Origin: Candidatus Latescibacterota bacterium
GTDB taxonomy: Bacteria > Latescibacterota > UBA2968
Direction: 5' to 3'
Assembly (NCBI GenBank): GCA_965207885.1
Contig: OZ242311.1
Coordinates: 992,001-1,056,000, forward strand
Length of the DNA stretch: 64,000 nt
Positions within the stretch are counted from its first letter, which is position 1. The number at the start of each line of letters is the position of its first letter. Shown in pieces: positions 62,279 to 64,000 of this stretch. The notes under the pieces are model-generated. The model was not told the origin of the DNA. It worked only from the letters and a program-made list of their open reading frames with translations, and did not search any database. Both the position numbers and the translations under genes were made by a program.

Positions 62279-62322
62279 AATCCCCTATTGCGCGTTATTG
62301 CGATGGGGGATTGGTTTTTTTT
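62279..62322. terminator. Hairpin/terminator between the island and the convergent DUF58 gene
   Basis: Imperfect stem AATCCCCTATTGC/GCGATGGGGGATT followed by a T-run. Confidence 0.5.
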
Positions 62323-63211
62323 ACATCAATTTTTTGCGTTTGGCGAGGTAGTTGAAGAGGGCGGTGTCAAAGGGTTCCGAGGTTTCGAGGAGGACGTAGT
62401 CGATCATGGCTTCGCGGCATTCGCGGCGAAAGCGGTTGATGAGGGTTTCCATGTGATCTCGGTACTCGGGTGCGAGGTGCCAGGGTTCTGTGGCGATTTG
62501 CGTGCCGGATTCGAGATCGACAAAGCGCATTTCACGGTTGAAGTCGAGGTCGCGCTCTCGGGGGTCCAGGATGTGGAAGACGATGACTTCGTGGTTGCGA
62601 TGGCGAAAGTGTTTGAGGCCGTTGAGCAGGCGGTCTGGGTCGTCGAAGAGGTCGGAGATGACGATGACGAGGCCGCGACGCACAATGCGTTCTGCCAGTT
62701 CGTGAAAGGTGGCGGCGAGGTCGGTGTCGGTGCCTTCGGGGCTGGTGTTTTGAAGTGTGGTGAGGAGGGTGTGCAAATGACTGGTGACTGACCGGGGCTG
62801 CAAATACGTGCGAATGCGGTCGTCAAAGGCGATTAATCCGACGGCGTCGCGCTGGCGCAACATGAGGTGGGATAGGGCGGCTGCGGTATAAGATGCGTAT
62901 TGGTATTTGGTGATGGCGTCCGAGCCATAAGCCATTGAGGCACTGGCGTCTATGAGAAGATGGGATTTGAGGTTGGTTTCTTCTTCGTATTGTTTGACGT
63001 AGAGGCGGTCGGTTTTGCCAAATACTTTCCAGTCCAGGTCGCGCAGTGAGTCCCCCGGCATGTATTGCCGGTATTCAGAGAATTCGACAGAGAAGCCGTG
63101 ATAGGGGCTTTGATGTAGGCCGGTGATAAATCCTTCGACGACCATGCGGGCGATCAGGTCCAGGCGCGCGAGCCGGGAGACGACTTCTGGTTTGAGATAT
63201 TCCTGGTTCAT
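62321..63211 (-). CDS. DUF58 domain protein (MoxR-associated)
   Basis: 'GLHQSPYHGFSVEFSEYRQY.PGD', 'VKQYEEE', 'DASASM', 'ISDL'. Confidence 0.92.
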   Translation of the reverse strand: MNQEYLKPEVVSRLARLDLIARMVVEGFITGLHQSPYHGFSVEFSEYRQYMPGDSLRDLDWKVFGKTDRLYVKQYEEETNLKSHLLIDASASMAYGSDAITKYQYASYTAAALSHLMLRQRDAVGLIAFDDRIRTYLQPRSVTSHLHTLLTTLQNTSPEGTDTDLAATFHELAERIVRRGLVIVISDLFDDPDRLLNGLKHFRHRNHEVIVFHILDPRERDLDFNREMRFVDLESGTQIATEPWHLAPEYRDHMETLINRFRRECREAMIDYVLLETSEPFDTALFNYLAKRKKLM

Positions 63212-63213
63212 CC

Positions 63214-64000
63214 CTAAAAGCCCGCGGCGAGGAGTATCCAACCCGCAACGGCACCGCCAACGACCAGCCATACTGCGCCGATTCCGCGCCACAATATCAG
63301 AATGGATGCGATGCCTGCGATTGCCATTTTGGGTATTGAATCAAGGGTTAGATAGCCCAGTTCTATTGTTACAGCGGCCATCAATCCCACGGCACAGACG
63401 TTTACGGCGTCGAGAAAAGACGCCACCCATTCAGATTCTCGCAGCCGGGGCAAGAGGGGATTCAGGGCGGCGACAAATACAAAGGAGGGTAAGAAGATTG
63501 CGCCAGCAGCGACGAGTGCGCCGGATAATTTGCCGCCGGTGACGAGATAGCCGATGAAGGCTGCGGTCGATAATACGGGTCCGGGCGTGAACTGGCCGAT
63601 GGCAATGGCTTCCAGCAATTGTTCCTGCGTTAGCCAGGCATACCCCTGTACAAGTTCTTCTTCGAGGAATGCAATGAGTAAGTATCCGCTGCCGTAGAGG
63701 ATTGCGCCAATTTTTAGAAAGAATAGGCCCAGTGCCCAGAGTGTTGGTCCTGCTGCGGATACGGCGCCCTGACTTGCGAGCATTGTCAATCCAGTGCCGG
63801 CCACAGGTGCTATTACGGCCATGTGTTCGCGGTCTCTCGGTCGCGTCATTCTCAGCCAGAACATTCCGACGATTCCGCCGCCGATCAGTGCGAGGACGCC
63901 GTTAAATGGCGTGAGGGCTACGAGCATTACAGCCAGGCCCAGAAAGCTCAATCGCCAGCCTTTTACGGCTTTTTGCCCCAGTCGCCACAGTGCGCCCAGG
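63214..64000 (-). CDS. chrA: Chromate transporter (ChrA family), 5' end beyond the window
   Basis: 'FLKIGAILYGSGY', 'GQFTPGP', 'IFLPSF'. Confidence 0.88.
   Translation of the reverse strand, partial: LGALWRLGQKAVKGWRLSFLGLAVMLVALTPFNGVLALIGGGIVGMFWLRMTRPRDREHMAVIAPVAGTGLTMLASQGAVSAAGPTLWALGLFFLKIGAILYGSGYLLIAFLEEELVQGYAWLTQEQLLEAIAIGQFTPGPVLSTAAFIGYLVTGGKLSGALVAAGAIFLPSFVFVAALNPLLPRLRESEWVASFLDAVNVCAVGLMAAVTIELGYLTLDSIPKMAIAGIASILILWRGIGAVWLVVGGAVAGWILLAAGF

Overview
Bacterial chromosomal window, GC-rich in the housekeeping parts. The mix of sulfatases, TIM-barrel sugar epimerases, a PhyH dioxygenase and REP-like hairpins resembles sponge-associated Latescibacterota/Poribacteria/Gemmatimonadota-type genomes, but that taxonomy is only an inference. 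From left to right: (1) a sulfated-glycan catabolic locus (three sulfatase-fold genes, MFS transporter, PL8 chondroitinase-like lyase) interrupted by an AT-richer defence-like island at about 3.5-10.9 kb, which carries a SIR2 gene translationally coupled to a ~974-aa helical protein, RusA, a nuclease/HEPN-like gene, an intact IS5-family element and a RelE/XRE toxin-antitoxin pair. (2) Housekeeping and catabolic genes: clpP, helicase IV, SDR, CoA-transferase A/B, GH95, larC, M23 peptidase, rlmN, murA, CCA enzyme, BpsA-like + DUF2156, a family-5 ABC importer, icd and yceI. (3) An AT-richer ~12-kb island at 50.1-62.3 kb, the strongest candidate for an undescribed system. It encodes a pseudo-receiver/AraC regulator, an HlyD + ABC exporter, a 158-aa Cys-free precursor-like protein with a CLI_3235-type leader (MQKLVKR...PVEAY), a CAAX protease, a GT2-like glycosyltransferase, DUF2059, a subtilase fused to a TIGR04066/DUF1611-like domain, an acyl carrier protein and two papain-fold BtrH-like paralogues, one broken by an exact 17-bp tandem duplication. 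No radical SAM enzyme is present. No rRNA, tRNA or CRISPR array was seen. All family assignments come from motif recognition by eye, not database searches.
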